IMG/VR virus record: IMGVR_UViG_3300006922_000005
DNA: 64,000 nucleotides
Source of the DNA: a virus
Lineage: Duplodnaviria; Caudoviricetes
Reading direction: 5' to 3' (one strand)
The position numbers were made by a program, and so were the translations under genes. Shown here piece by piece: positions 17,898 to 27,821 of this stretch. Position 1 is the first letter of the stretch. Each line of letters starts with the position of its first letter. The notes under the pieces are model-generated. The model did not search any database. It had not been told where the DNA came from and was given only the letters and a program-made list of their open reading frames with translations.

Positions 17898-18758
17898 CTA
17901 TACTTCCTTTTTAGTTTTTGTCAAGATCCTCGCTCGCTCAATTAGGTCTTTATGTGCATCATTTATATTCTTAGGAACAGTTCCCTTTACTTTTATGTAT
18001 AACGTTCCGAGGCCAGGGGCATTCACTATTGGCATACCCAATTCTTTCATACTAAAAACAGTACCTGGTTGTGTTCCTTCAGGAACGTTTAATAAAAATC
18101 CTTGATTAAAGTGTTCTATTTCGACCTTACAGCCTAGTATTAGTTCATATACAGTTAACACTATTGTTTTGTGTAAATCACATCCTGTACGTACAAATCT
18201 TGGATCTTTAGAAATACGAGCCGTAATTGTTAAGTCGCCTGGTGGAATATTTGGAATACTATCATCGCCTAGTCCACGTAACTTTATTGACTGTCCGTTT
18301 TCAATACCTGCTGGCATACGTGTATCAATTGTTTGTTTACGTCCACTTGGTAATGGTATTTCAAATACTACATTTTTTCCTTTGTATGCATCTTCAAGTG
18401 TTAGATCATAATTAATATTTAAAGTTTTATTTCTTTGTTGACGTTGTTGTCTACGTTGTCCAAACATGTCTCCAAATTGACCACTCATATCTCCACCAAA
18501 CATTTGAGAAAATATATCATTAATATCTCCCATATTATTTTGTCCTGCTTGTTGTGGATCAGCAGTTCCATACTGATCATACATGGCTTTCTTTTGTGGA
18601 TCTTTTAATACTTGATATGCTTCGTTAATGTCTTTGAACTTGGAATCATCACCGCCCGTACGATCAGGGTGATGTTGCATACTTTGTTTCTTGTATGCTT
18701 TTTTAATATCTGTGGCAGATGCGCCGCGGGAGATGCCCAAAGTGTCATAGTAGTTCAT
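17898..18758 (-). CDS. dnaJ: DnaJ/CbpA-type co-chaperone (no Zn finger)
   Basis: J domain with HPD motif, G/F-rich linker, C-terminal VPEGTQPG...GTLY. Confidence 0.93.
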   Translation of the reverse strand: MNYYDTLGISRGASATDIKKAYKKQSMQHHPDRTGGDDSKFKDINEAYQVLKDPQKKAMYDQYGTADPQQAGQNNMGDINDIFSQMFGGDMSGQFGDMFGQRRQQRQQRNKTLNINYDLTLEDAYKGKNVVFEIPLPSGRKQTIDTRMPAGIENGQSIKLRGLGDDSIPNIPPGDLTITARISKDPRFVRTGCDLHKTIVLTVYELILGCKVEIEHFNQGFLLNVPEGTQPGTVFSMKELGMPIVNAPGLGTLYIKVKGTVPKNINDAHKDLIERARILTKTKKEV

Positions 18759-18765
18759 AGTATTA

Positions 18766-18794
18766 ATTATATGACAGAATCAAACATCTGTCAA
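18766..18794 (-). promoter_or_regulatory. Perfect sigma70 promoter of dnaJ-def-clpA, containing an internal inverted repeat
   Basis: TTGACA-N17-TATAAT, 7 nt before the ATG; TGACAGA-N8-TCTGTCA at 18772-18793. Confidence 0.85.
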
Positions 18795-18797
18795 GTG

Positions 18798-19121
18798 TTA
18801 TTTTTTACTTTTAGATGTACCAGTATAAAGACCAAACCATGCCGCACCAGCACCAACTACGATACTAATTAAACCTGATTGTTCCATAGTAGGAGCAGGT
18901 AAGTTCATATACCAAATTACACATTTGTATAATAATACAATGTAAACAGTTAAGAATAATCTTGGAAAGATTCTCCAAGCATCAACTGCTCTTGCCATAT
19001 GTATTAATTTTGCGTATGGATTAACACCTAAGTCTTTTATACTTGTGTCTACTTCCAAATCTACTGTAATTTTTTGTTTAGGTTCTGCAACCTTAACTTC
19101 TTGTTTTACTTCATCAGCCAT
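18798..19121 (-). CDS. Two-TM membrane protein, holin-like
   Basis: WRIFPRLFLTVYIVLLY and LISIVVGAGAAWFGLY; located at the end of the lysis cassette. Confidence 0.55.
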   Translation of the reverse strand: MADEVKQEVKVAEPKQKITVDLEVDTSIKDLGVNPYAKLIHMARAVDAWRIFPRLFLTVYIVLLYKCVIWYMNLPAPTMEQSGLISIVVGAGAAWFGLYTGTSKSKK

Positions 19122-19402
19122 TATTTCTTACCCTCTAATTTTTTGATTCGCTTTTCCAATTCGTCTATTTTTTTGGTTACATATGGATATTTTTTACGCC
19201 ATGCATCTTTTGGTTGCTCTAACCAAGTCCAACCATAACGTTCTACTAAAAAATCCACAATACGATCAAAATGACCATACAACCAAAGACCAATTCGTGT
19301 GCTTTTGAAATACGTAGAAAACGCAAGACCAAACAAAGATCCAACTAATGCTGTGTAAATCCACAGACGATCGCTCGCCATTCTTTCAATCATTTCCCAC
19401 AT
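19121..19402 (-). CDS. Membrane-anchored hypothetical protein
   Basis: N-terminal TM segment; TAAATA at 19428-19433. Confidence 0.7.
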   Translation of the reverse strand: MWEMIERMASDRLWIYTALVGSLFGLAFSTYFKSTRIGLWLYGHFDRIVDFLVERYGWTWLEQPKDAWRKKYPYVTKKIDELEKRIKKLEGKK

Positions 19403-19452
19403 AATTCGCTCCTTTGTATTATATGAGTATTTATTCTATCCAGAGTGTTTTA

Positions 19453-19842
19453 TTATTGCTTGTCTGATTTTTCTGACTCTTTAGGCTCGTAGTACTCTCT
19501 GTACTGCTCTAAAGTCATGCCTTGTTGGATCATATATGCACGGATTTGTGCAAAGTTCTTAGATAATAACTCGTAGTCGTCATCACTTAACCCAAATAGC
19601 ACAGGATCTTTGCCCTGCTCTTTCATTTTAGCAAATACTTCTTCTGCATTTTTGCTAGTAATGATAGTCCATTTAAGTTCTTCTAGTTGCGGAGTTTCTG
19701 GATTAGGGAGATCTAAAGGTACTCTTTCAACCTCTGTCTTAAACACGTCTAACTGCCTTACTGAACTACAACTAGTAAGGAACGTAGTTAGGATTAGCAA
19801 TGCTAGGACACTCAGAATTGATCTGTGATTTCTTAGTTGCAT
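19453..19842 (-). CDS. Lipoprotein, o-spanin (Rz1-like)
   Basis: Lipobox LTSC, Pro-rich segment, overlaps the 3' end of the i-spanin. Confidence 0.65.
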   Translation of the reverse strand: MQLRNHRSILSVLALLILTTFLTSCSSVRQLDVFKTEVERVPLDLPNPETPQLEELKWTIITSKNAEEVFAKMKEQGKDPVLFGLSDDDYELLSKNFAQIRAYMIQQGMTLEQYREYYEPKESEKSDKQ

Positions 19843-20257
19843 TTATCTCTTTCTCCGTTAGTGGCGCACCCATAGCAATTTCTACACATCTCATTGCTTT
19901 TTTGGTAGCACTGTTTATAACACGTTCAACTGAACTACTGCGTTCTTCAGCAAGTTTGCCAATGTCACGTACTTTACCTTGACCGTTAATTTTATTAAAG
20001 CGTTGGTCAAGTGCTTTAAATTCTTTTGATAAGATTTTATTTTGCTCATCAAGTACTTTGTTAGCCGCCATTATTGATTTAAAATCATTAGCCTGCTGTG
20101 CAATTACTGCCTTTTGATCAGCAACACTTTCTTCTAACTTTAAGTTGTTTGCTTCTGATGTTGCTAAGTCTGCTTGTAAATTTTTTACGTATATAAATCC
20201 ACCGCCAGCACCTGCTAACATCATTAATACTATTGCAATTTTAATTGAACTAAACAT
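19772..20257 (-). CDS. i-spanin (Rz-like); start revised to MFSSIK
   Basis: N-terminal TM, long coiled coil and two Cys; lies downstream of the endolysin. Confidence 0.65.
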   Translation of the reverse strand: MFSSIKIAIVLMMLAGAGGGFIYVKNLQADLATSEANNLKLEESVADQKAVIAQQANDFKSIMAANKVLDEQNKILSKEFKALDQRFNKINGQGKVRDIGKLAEERSSSVERVINSATKKAMRCVEIAMGAPLTEKEINATKKSQINSECPSIANPNYVPY

Positions 20258-20393
20258 TATCTTTATCTTCTTTTGTAATGTAACGAGGATAATCACACAC
20301 TACTATTTCAATAGGTTTATTATCCCCGTCAGTAAATGTTTCAATTAATCTACCTTCGTGCTTTCTTCCGCAGTTTTGGCAGTATTGACTCAT
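20250..20393 (-). CDS. Small CxxC protein, 47 aa (start revised to MSQYC)
   Basis: YCQNCGRKH...VVC; ATGA coupling to the endolysin stop. Confidence 0.6.
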   Translation of the reverse strand: MSQYCQNCGRKHEGRLIETFTDGDNKPIEIVVCDYPRYITKEDKDNV

Positions 20394-20902
20394 ACCATTG
20401 TTAAAGCAAGTTCTGTAGTTTCTGTAACTCTGCGAGTCCAACCTCTACCAAAAGTATCAAATGTAGATAACTTTTCGTAGTAACCTTGTCTTGCTTCTTG
20501 AAAGTTTTTAATTGTGTCTTCAACACCGTGCTTACTTACATAGTCATTTAAACATTTTAATGTGTTTGGTCCAATACCGCCATCAGCAGTAGTACCAATT
20601 AATGTTTGTAAGTATTTTGCACTTCGACCTGTACCTGCATTAACACCAAAGTCAAATACACATAGATCTAAACCTGCTGGTAAGTCATCGCCTTTAACAC
20701 GATCCCAGTAGTTCTTTTTATAAATGGGAGCAACATCTTCAACTAAAAGATCTTTCATATCTTTAGTTCCGCCCCAATCTTCGTAAACTCTTTTTGTAAC
20801 ACCCAAGTTAGTTTCGCCACCTGGGTCTTTTGGGTGGTTTACATAACCGCCTTCGTGGTGTAGAATTGTTTCTAAACACTTGTCGTAGTTTACACTTGCC
20901 AT
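20390..20902 (-). CDS. Endolysin, glycoside hydrolase family 108 with peptidoglycan-binding domain
   Basis: HEGGYVNHPKDPGGETNLGVT (EGG motif) and FGRGWTRRV. Confidence 0.92.
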   Translation of the reverse strand: MASVNYDKCLETILHHEGGYVNHPKDPGGETNLGVTKRVYEDWGGTKDMKDLLVEDVAPIYKKNYWDRVKGDDLPAGLDLCVFDFGVNAGTGRSAKYLQTLIGTTADGGIGPNTLKCLNDYVSKHGVEDTIKNFQEARQGYYEKLSTFDTFGRGWTRRVTETTELALTMV

Positions 20903-20904
20903 TG

Positions 20905-21624
20905 TTATATCCTTTTTAATATTTTCGTTCTGTTACCATTAGTAAAGAACAGGTTTTCACCTAGTTTTTGTATGTTATAGTTACCCATAAACTTTGTTAA
21001 GAACATCACTTCTGAAATTGAAGTTTCGTCCAAACTAACAGCACCGGCATATTTGGTAAGTAATTCTTCAGTTGACCCTTCTTCAACTACTTCCATTCTA
21101 ACTTTGCCCGAAGCATGTCTTCCAAACTCAATAATATTTTCTTTAACAAACTTTTGTTCTGTAACACCTTTGTTAAAAAATCTATCTAACTCTGTTTGGT
21201 TATACTCGTTAATCATACTTTCGTATGTGTTACCATCTAAGGGAATATCGTTTTCAGCGTCTTCAATTGTAAACGCTTTACTTTCTACATTCTTATAATA
21301 TCTATATTTCCATTCATCAATGCCTGCTAATTTTGAAACATCATCTAACAATGCACCTATATTTTTAGGTAAATGTCTATCTCTTTCAATCTCAACAAAT
21401 ACATCATATTTGCCTTTACGATTTTCACCTGTACTAATATCAGCATCAAGTACAAAATCATATCCTTTTTCAATAAAGTTCATTAAGTCCTTTGCAGGCT
21501 CTTGTGTTAGAACTTCAAATGCTAATACAGAAATTTCTTTATCTTGACCCATTTTAGATTTATATGAATCAATTGTAAAGATCTCGTTAACGAAAGTCTT
21601 TAAATCGTTAGGCTGTAGGCTCAT
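20905..21624 (-). CDS. Hypothetical late protein
   Basis: 239 aa in the late operon upstream of the endolysin. Confidence 0.75.
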   Translation of the reverse strand: MSLQPNDLKTFVNEIFTIDSYKSKMGQDKEISVLAFEVLTQEPAKDLMNFIEKGYDFVLDADISTGENRKGKYDVFVEIERDRHLPKNIGALLDDVSKLAGIDEWKYRYYKNVESKAFTIEDAENDIPLDGNTYESMINEYNQTELDRFFNKGVTEQKFVKENIIEFGRHASGKVRMEVVEEGSTEELLTKYAGAVSLDETSISEVMFLTKFMGNYNIQKLGENLFFTNGNRTKILKRI

Positions 21625-22141
21625 TATTAATTTCTCCTATATCTGCATCTTGTTCAGCGTCTGGAATTATATCTGGTTGTGTAGTTGTTTGTTCTAATCC
21701 AGCCATTACATACTCATCAGTTTCTCTCATGTAACCTTTGTACATATCAAACATTAATTGTTTTGGCATGTCAATGCTTACAATCCAAATAGGATGCTGA
21801 TCAATTTTACCCTTTTTAGTTCCGGGTCTGTAATCATCTGGTGACTCAATTTTGCGAGGTTTTGTTAAAAAGTCTTTTTTGTATGATACTTTACAACCAT
21901 AATCAAGTAGTCTTTTTCCTGCTGTAGGATTAGGCATTTCTTCTCTAGGCCACATAAACGAACACTCTACTGTGTGCCTATTTACATTAGGTCCTGAAAT
22001 AAGTTCACCGCTTTTCCAGTTCTCAAACACATACATGTCTAGTTCGTCAATAACACGCTCAAAGTCCTTTAATACACGCATATGCGTATTAGACTCATAT
22101 ATGGTCTTTACATTTTCTATAATTTTTACAATATCATACAT
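21608..22141 (-). CDS. Hypothetical late protein
   Basis: 177 aa; TAAATA at 22159-22164 plus SD GGAG. Confidence 0.75.
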   Translation of the reverse strand: MYDIVKIIENVKTIYESNTHMRVLKDFERVIDELDMYVFENWKSGELISGPNVNRHTVECSFMWPREEMPNPTAGKRLLDYGCKVSYKKDFLTKPRKIESPDDYRPGTKKGKIDQHPIWIVSIDMPKQLMFDMYKGYMRETDEYVMAGLEQTTTQPDIIPDAEQDADIGEINNEPTA

Positions 22142-22272
22142 ACTTTAGTCTCCACTATTATTTATCGAATTAAGAGGATGATCAAAAATAAACACATCAG
22201 TTTATTATTTGTAATACATGTTAAATACTTTTGCAGTCGGACAAAGTTCTAATTATTAAAAAGGAGGACAGT

Positions 22273-23001
22273 TTGTCAAGAGCAAAACGCAAAGAACGCA
22301 ATAGGGAGCGTTCGCAATCGGGTAATATAACATATATTAATCCAGTCCCTAACAAAAGACGGCAAGTAGAGGTTCTACCCAGGAACCTAAGCCAAGAGAC
22401 TTACCTAGAGACACTTAAAGACTATAAGAAGCACATAGTATTTGCTATTGGACCAGCAGGTACAGGTAAGACCCTTATTGGTGTACAGATGGCTATTAAA
22501 GCATTCCAAGAAGGAAACGTAGACAGAATCGTAGTGACAAGACCCGCTGTAAGCGTGGACGAGCAACACGGCTTTCTACCTGGAACTTTAGAGCAGAAGA
22601 TGGAGCCATGGACAAAGCCTATATTTGACGTTTTTAATGAATACTACTATCAAAAAGAAATCAGCGGAATGCTACAAGAGGGGGTGATTGAAATATCGCC
22701 GTTGGCTTTTATGCGTGGTAGAACTTTTAAGAAAGCGTACATTATAGCAGATGAAATGCAAAATGCTACACCAAGTCAAATGAAAATGTTATTAACTAGA
22801 ATCGGCGAAGGTAGTCGAATGGTAGTAACAGGAGATTTACAACAAGCAGATAGAATGAAATCTAATGGTTTGTTAGACTTTACAAATAAAGTAGAGTCTA
22901 GAGATAATCTTAATCATATTGGCGTATGTACATTTGGAACGGGAGATGTTGAAAGACACGAAGCAGTAAAAGAAATACTAGATATATACGGCGAAGATTA
23001 A
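22273..23001 (+). CDS. phoH: PhoH-like ATPase (start revised to TTG 22273)
   Basis: [40 protein letters not shown]; SD AGGAGG; TAAATA at 22222-22227. Confidence 0.95.
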   Translation: MSRAKRKERNRERSQSGNITYINPVPNKRRQVEVLPRNLSQETYLETLKDYKKHIVFAIGPAGTGKTLIGVQMAIKAFQEGNVDRIVVTRPAVSVDEQHGFLPGTLEQKMEPWTKPIFDVFNEYYYQKEISGMLQEGVIEISPLAFMRGRTFKKAYIIADEMQNATPSQMKMLLTRIGEGSRMVVTGDLQQADRMKSNGLLDFTNKVESRDNLNHIGVCTFGTGDVERHEAVKEILDIYGED

Positions 23002-23336
23002 ATTTCCTTGTAAGGTAATTTTTTGAAAAGTTTAGTTTTGTCCGACTGTCCACTATACTTTTCATACTCAGGCATTGGATCTTTAGCGTTGGTTATGTTT
23101 GGCCAGTTTGCTTCTTCGGCAAAGTACAAGTTGTGTTTGAACCACGGATCGTCTTCATCGTCGGTCTGATATATTGCTTCTTCTGGACATTCAGGTATAC
23201 ATACTCCGCAATCTATACATTCGTCAGGATTAATTACTAACATGTTTTCACCTTCGTAAAAACAATCTACAGGACACACATCTACGCAAGTTGTGTGCTT
23301 ACACATTATACATTTACTATCAACCACGTGTGCCAT
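22998..23336 (-). CDS. fdxA: 7Fe/8Fe ferredoxin (FdxA type)
   Basis: [43 protein letters not shown]. Confidence 0.92.
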   Translation of the reverse strand: MAHVVDSKCIMCKHTTCVDVCPVDCFYEGENMLVINPDECIDCGVCIPECPEEAIYQTDDEDDPWFKHNLYFAEEANWPNITNAKDPMPEYEKYSGQSDKTKLFKKLPYKEI

Positions 23337-23337
23337 A

Positions 23338-23943
23338 TTATACCTCTTTAAAATTCATTGACATAACAATTCTGTTATCGTTATTTACTTTTTTATCTAC
23401 TTCGTGTTCAGTAAAACTTCTAAATATAAGCAGTCGTCCTGATAACGGGTAATACCAATGCGAAGGCGATGTAAGTTCATTAAAGTGATGTTCTTCACCG
23501 TTTTGCTTAGGAGTAATCTTTAATGGATTATTCATATCATTAAAGTAAGGACCTCTAAATGAAATAGGTACATCTGATGTATAACCTTCTAAATAAAAAC
23601 TTGTGCTAATTGTACTACCAGTGTGCATATGTGCAGGATTGTAACTTCCTGCTTTATAGTCTATACACCAAGATTCAAAAGGTTGATACTGTCCTGGAAA
23701 ATTGTGTTCATTTGCATAGTCTTGAACTCTATTTGTTATCCACTCTGTAAGTTGATTAAATTTTTCATCTTTATGTATTTGATAATATTTCAATTCAGAA
23801 TCATCATCACTAGGTATTGTTTTTAATATTTCTTTATAAGGGTCTTGTATATCGTTAATAAAAGGACAATCTGCAATACCAATTACTGTAGGAAATAATT
23901 TTTCTAAATATATACCTTGATGAAATCTAGTAATATTATCCAT
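23338..23943 (-). CDS. Putative 2OG-Fe(II) oxygenase
   Basis: HMH...ISTSFYL...[14 protein letters not shown]...RIVMSMN jelly-roll pattern. Confidence 0.75.
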   Translation of the reverse strand: MDNITRFHQGIYLEKLFPTVIGIADCPFINDIQDPYKEILKTIPSDDDSELKYYQIHKDEKFNQLTEWITNRVQDYANEHNFPGQYQPFESWCIDYKAGSYNPAHMHTGSTISTSFYLEGYTSDVPISFRGPYFNDMNNPLKITPKQNGEEHHFNELTSPSHWYYPLSGRLLIFRSFTEHEVDKKVNNDNRIVMSMNFKEV

Positions 23944-24189
23944 TTAAAGTACCCAATTATATATCCCTCTTATCGCAAGTAACAAATACATACCTTCCAT
24001 TAATGCTCTGGGTGTATCTCCATCTTTAACGCCAAAGTAAATCCACATTGAACAACTTACTGTGGCTACTGCCCAACCAATCCATTGTACACTAGGATTA
24101 CCTCCGCTTAAAAGGAAAGCACTGATCATTGCTAATATAAAGCCTAACCAACGCCACCCATTAATATTCTGATAGTATCTTATCTTCAT
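23944..24189 (-). CDS. Small three-TM membrane protein
   Basis: 81 aa, hydrophobic. Confidence 0.7.
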   Translation of the reverse strand: MKIRYYQNINGWRWLGFILAMISAFLLSGGNPSVQWIGWAVATVSCSMWIYFGVKDGDTPRALMEGMYLLLAIRGIYNWVL

Positions 24190-24395
24190 TATTTACGCTT
24201 AGATGCCTTTTTCTTTTTACCGTTGCCTTTTTTGTATTCTTTGTATTCTTCGCCTGTCATTCCTGTTGGGATCTTTTCAATCTTTCCACCGTTGGCTAAG
24301 AATTTTTTAATTGATTCGTCAAGTTGTGCTTGTCTTTTTTGTGGCGCCTCTGGATCACTCACAGAGTCGTAGGCACGATTTATTTCATTTGGCAT
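24189..24395 (-). CDS. Small basic hypothetical protein
   Basis: KKFLANGGKIEKIP motif and Lys-rich tail. Confidence 0.7.
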   Translation of the reverse strand: MPNEINRAYDSVSDPEAPQKRQAQLDESIKKFLANGGKIEKIPTGMTGEEYKEYKKGNGKKKKASKRK

Positions 24396-24406
24396 TGTAC
24401 TCCTTT

Positions 24407-25327
24407 TTATAGCCGTGCTAGTTTTACCAACGTAGCACTCATGTTTATTTCCGGATCAGCGACAAATGAATGATCAACTAATCCTTGTTTAATTATTAAT
24501 ATTGCTTGATCTTGTTTATCATCTTCTTTTGTAAACACTTCCAAGTTATCATACATCCAACGGAAAATATCTTCCATCTCTTCAGGCCTTGCCTGTGTAC
24601 AAATTAGTTTACGTGCTTGTGCAATGTTACCTGCTTTAAATAGTTCAACCATTTCTACTTTGTAATCACTTTCTCCTGTATCGCCTTTTTGTGGCGGAGT
24701 AAGTTTACCTGTTGTACTATTCATTTGACACATGTTAATACATTTTCTCATATCAGGATATGTTGCTTTAACAAATGTGTCTAACACATCTAAATCAGGT
24801 TCTACACCTTCTTCTAATAGTATTGTTGCAATACGTGCAGTAAATTCTGTTTGATCAACGTTTGTAATATGAAAGCCTTGACATCTTGAATGTAGTGCAG
24901 GAATAATTCTGTTAGGATAGTTACAAGTTAAAATAAATCTACTTGTAGTATGATGCTCCTCCATTACACCACGTAGTGCCGCCTGTGCGTTTGGCGACAA
25001 GTAATCAGCCTCATCAAGTAGTACAACCTTAAAGTCACCAAATGGAATCATCTGTACAAAGTTTACAATCTTGTCACGTACATCTTCTACACTGTTTGTT
25101 CTACTAGCATTAATCTCTAGTAGATCATATTCATTTATTTCTAATTCATTACACAATACTTTAGCAAGTGTTGTCTTACCAATACCTGCATGACCACTGA
25201 ATAACAAATGCGGAATACTTTTATCTTTTACCCAACCGTTTACTTGATCTCTTTGTGCTTGATCTCTAAACACATAGTCACCTACTGTGCTTGGACGATA
25301 CTTTTCTACCCATAGTTCTTTAGCCAT
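24407..25327 (-). CDS. gp44: Sliding-clamp loader AAA+ subunit (gp44/RFC-small-like)
   Basis: LWVEKYRP, GHAGIGKTT, LEINAS, VVLLDEAD, SRC motif. Confidence 0.92.
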   Translation of the reverse strand: MAKELWVEKYRPSTVGDYVFRDQAQRDQVNGWVKDKSIPHLLFSGHAGIGKTTLAKVLCNELEINEYDLLEINASRTNSVEDVRDKIVNFVQMIPFGDFKVVLLDEADYLSPNAQAALRGVMEEHHTTSRFILTCNYPNRIIPALHSRCQGFHITNVDQTEFTARIATILLEEGVEPDLDVLDTFVKATYPDMRKCINMCQMNSTTGKLTPPQKGDTGESDYKVEMVELFKAGNIAQARKLICTQARPEEMEDIFRWMYDNLEVFTKEDDKQDQAILIIKQGLVDHSFVADPEINMSATLVKLARL

Positions 25328-25733
25328 TTTGTTCTATCCTTTTGCGTAATCCACTTGTACTAAATGAATGTTGTCTTTTATTATAATAAATTTCTATGCT
25401 TTTGTCAACACATAATTGCTTTCCTGTAAAGTCTTTTGTCCGATATTCTTCGCCAATAAAACGTTTGTTGATGTCATACGTTAATAGTATGTCAAGCAAA
25501 TCTTGTTCTGTAGCATATGGAATAATTTCGTCAATGTACTTGCAACCTTCAAGTTGTACATATCTTTCAAATACACTTTGAATAGGTTTATTTTTTTCTG
25601 GTCTGTCAAGTGTAGGATCAGTTTGCAATCCTACCATTAGATAGTCGCAGTTTGCTCTTGCTTCTTTAAGCATAGCAACATGTCCGCTATGGAAAAGATC
25701 AAAAGATGAGAATGTAATTCCTTTAACAATCAT
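25320..25733 (-). CDS. Glycerol-3-phosphate cytidylyltransferase (TagD)-like
   Basis: FDLFHSGH, RQHSFSTSGL. Confidence 0.85.
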   Translation of the reverse strand: MIVKGITFSSFDLFHSGHVAMLKEARANCDYLMVGLQTDPTLDRPEKNKPIQSVFERYVQLEGCKYIDEIIPYATEQDLLDILLTYDINKRFIGEEYRTKDFTGKQLCVDKSIEIYYNKRQHSFSTSGLRKRIEQNG

Positions 25734-25739
25734 ACTACA

Positions 25740-25768
25740 AATATACAGTTATTTTATAGTCTTGTCAA
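25740..25768 (-). promoter_or_regulatory. sigma70-type promoter giving a leaderless start
   Basis: TTGACA-N17-TATATT, 6 nt before the ATG at 25733. Confidence 0.8.
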
Positions 25769-25913
25769 GTTTTTTTATATTTTTATTTGCCGAAATAGAA
25801 TCTCTATATTCTTCTGTGTTACGTAGATGCGGGTACTGATATTTTGTAGGTACAGTACCCCAACCTACAACACGATCCCAATCTCTTTGTGTATAATACT
25901 CGTTCTTTTGCAT
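25749..25913 (-). CDS. 54-aa hypothetical protein (not in ORF track)
   Basis: MQKNEYYTQRDWDRVVGWGTVPTKYQYPHLRNTEEYRDSISANKNIKKLDKTIK; TAAATA-N6-ATG. Confidence 0.6.
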   Translation of the reverse strand: MQKNEYYTQRDWDRVVGWGTVPTKYQYPHLRNTEEYRDSISANKNIKKLDKTIK

Positions 25914-25932
25914 CGCAAGTATTTAGCGGTAC

Positions 25933-26511
25933 TTATTTAGAGTAAGTACCGGTGATGATATTATAAACGTCTTTCCAGTTGTCTGCTCTTTGTACATCTG
26001 GATTGTCGTAGTCTAGGTTCCATTTGTGTGATATAATAATAGGTTTGTGTCCTGCACGTAGTCCTGCGTCACAGTTAAGTGGTTTATCTTCAATCCACCA
26101 ATGTCCTTTATCATACTCTGCAAGTGCTTCGTCTTTGTCAGCACCTGTTCCAATGCATAATACACGATCAAATGTACCTGCACCAAATACTTGTTCTAAA
26201 TTATATGCACGTAATTTACCAGAACATTCATCTTCAGATAAACTAGTAATAGCATCGAAAGTATAGTTAAGTGTTCTTAATTTTCTTACCCACTCAACAC
26301 TATCACGCAAAGGTTTTAAGTAACCAATCCATGCACTTTCGTTAAACTGTTTTACTAAAATATCGCATTGTTTTTTGCGTTGGAACCCGTAACGTACATA
26401 TTGACTATATACATCAGGCTTCTTTACACGAAAACCTTGTTTAGCCATCCATGCATCAAATGCAGGTTCCCAATCTAAAACTACTCCATCAACGTCGATA
26501 AGTATTTTCAT
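25933..26511 (-). CDS. HAD-family 5'(3')-deoxyribonucleotidase-like
   Basis: ILIDVDGVVLDW, WIEDKPLN. Confidence 0.8.
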   Translation of the reverse strand: MKILIDVDGVVLDWEPAFDAWMAKQGFRVKKPDVYSQYVRYGFQRKKQCDILVKQFNESAWIGYLKPLRDSVEWVRKLRTLNYTFDAITSLSEDECSGKLRAYNLEQVFGAGTFDRVLCIGTGADKDEALAEYDKGHWWIEDKPLNCDAGLRAGHKPIIISHKWNLDYDNPDVQRADNWKDVYNIITGTYSK

Positions 26512-26930
26512 TAAAGGTCACCGTCTTTTCGATTCTCTGAATAGTGTACATCAAACTCTCCACCTGGGTAGCGTGACTTTAATTTGTTTACGTTTTCTTC
26601 AATTACTTCGTTAGGGTCCAAACTAAGAGCCCTGCAACTAGTAATCCAGTACCACATAATATCGCCAAGTTCTCGTTTACAATGAAATATAGTTTCATCG
26701 TCCATAGGTTTACCTTGGAAGATACATTTTTTAACAATTTCAGCAAATTCGCCTCCTTCACTTGCAATGCCAATAGCACCTGTCATAAGCGATGCAGTAT
26801 TGACTTTCATCTTACTTTCAGTTGTTTCAATATCAATCATACGATTGTACATCTGCATACTTGACATTGATTCATCACTGGTAACTTGTTGTACAAAATC
26901 TTTGTACTTATTTAGATCTACGTTTTTCAA
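26511..26930 (-). CDS. mazG: MazG-like nucleotide pyrophosphohydrolase
   Basis: GIASEGGEFAEIVKK, KRELGDIMWY, NVNKLKSRYP. Confidence 0.9.
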   Translation of the reverse strand: MKNVDLNKYKDFVQQVTSDESMSSMQMYNRMIDIETTESKMKVNTASLMTGAIGIASEGGEFAEIVKKCIFQGKPMDDETIFHCKRELGDIMWYWITSCRALSLDPNEVIEENVNKLKSRYPGGEFDVHYSENRKDGDL

Positions 26931-26944
26931 TTTATTCCTCGTTT

Positions 26945-27337
26945 TTATCTAGCGCCAAAGTCTTCTGGTCTGACTTGGTCGGGTGCTGTGTTAAACTCAT
27001 CGCCAATCTTGTGATCTTCTGGCTTTGAATCGCTTACAGCAATTATAGCATCAACATCTACTCTATGTAAAGTGATGTCTTCACCATTTATATCTAATTC
27101 CATTTTTCTTGTCCAACGACCATGTTCAACTAAGATATAATCACCTACGTTATATTCTTCTTTGTTCGTAGGACCTTTTGCATGAACTTTTGCCCAACGA
27201 GGATAAACTCCCCTTGCAGTACCGTTATCATCTCTAATAATAATTCCACCTTTGGTTTTCTGTTCACCAAAGTATAAGTCAGTAACTAAAACGTGATCGT
27301 GGATTGGTCTAATTCCGCCAGTCTTAATTCTTGCCAT
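26945..27337 (-). CDS. groES: GroES-like co-chaperonin
   Basis: IRPIHDHVLV, EQKTKGGII, VHAKGP, VGDYIL. Confidence 0.85.
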   Translation of the reverse strand: MARIKTGGIRPIHDHVLVTDLYFGEQKTKGGIIIRDDNGTARGVYPRWAKVHAKGPTNKEEYNVGDYILVEHGRWTRKMELDINGEDITLHRVDVDAIIAVSDSKPEDHKIGDEFNTAPDQVRPEDFGAR

Positions 27338-27798
27338 TACTTTTCTCCTGTAGCGTCTGATATGCCTCTGCGTCTTGATCTTGCTCTTTTGACTGCTTCG
27401 ACACCTTTGTCTAATACTTTTTCTTCTACTTGTTCTGCTTGTTCTGTTGCTTCTTGTTTTACAGGAACTTCTTCTACAGCAGGTTCAACTTCATTAACAA
27501 TAGAACTTGGTTGAGTATCTTCAATAGTCATTGTTTGTGAAGGTGGATTGTTTGGTACTGATTGTTGCTGTACAGGTTCAGTTGTTGGAACATCTGCATC
27601 AGGTGTTGCTTTTGGATTTGATTCGTAATATGAACTTACAATTTGTTCACGTGTACGTACAATTTTGCCACCAGCGCCAAGTTCGTCGCCTCTAGCATTT
27701 ACTTTCATATTACCTACTGCTGGAGTAAGTTCGTTTTGAGAACGTAATTTGTCCATGTCGACTGAACGTCCGTTCATTGTTCTATATGTTCTTCCCAT
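27337..27798 (-). CDS. Hypothetical protein with a disordered acidic C-terminal half
   Basis: 153 aa, SD AAGGAG. Confidence 0.75.
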   Translation of the reverse strand: MGRTYRTMNGRSVDMDKLRSQNELTPAVGNMKVNARGDELGAGGKIVRTREQIVSSYYESNPKATPDADVPTTEPVQQQSVPNNPPSQTMTIEDTQPSSIVNEVEPAVEEVPVKQEATEQAEQVEEKVLDKGVEAVKRARSRRRGISDATGEK

Positions 27799-27821
27799 AT
27801 TATTCTCCTTTGTATAGGTAG

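Noticed and set aside
18766-18794. CIRCE/HrcA heat-shock operator at dnaJ
   Set aside because: The inverted repeat does not match TTAGCACTC-N9-GAGTGCTAA.
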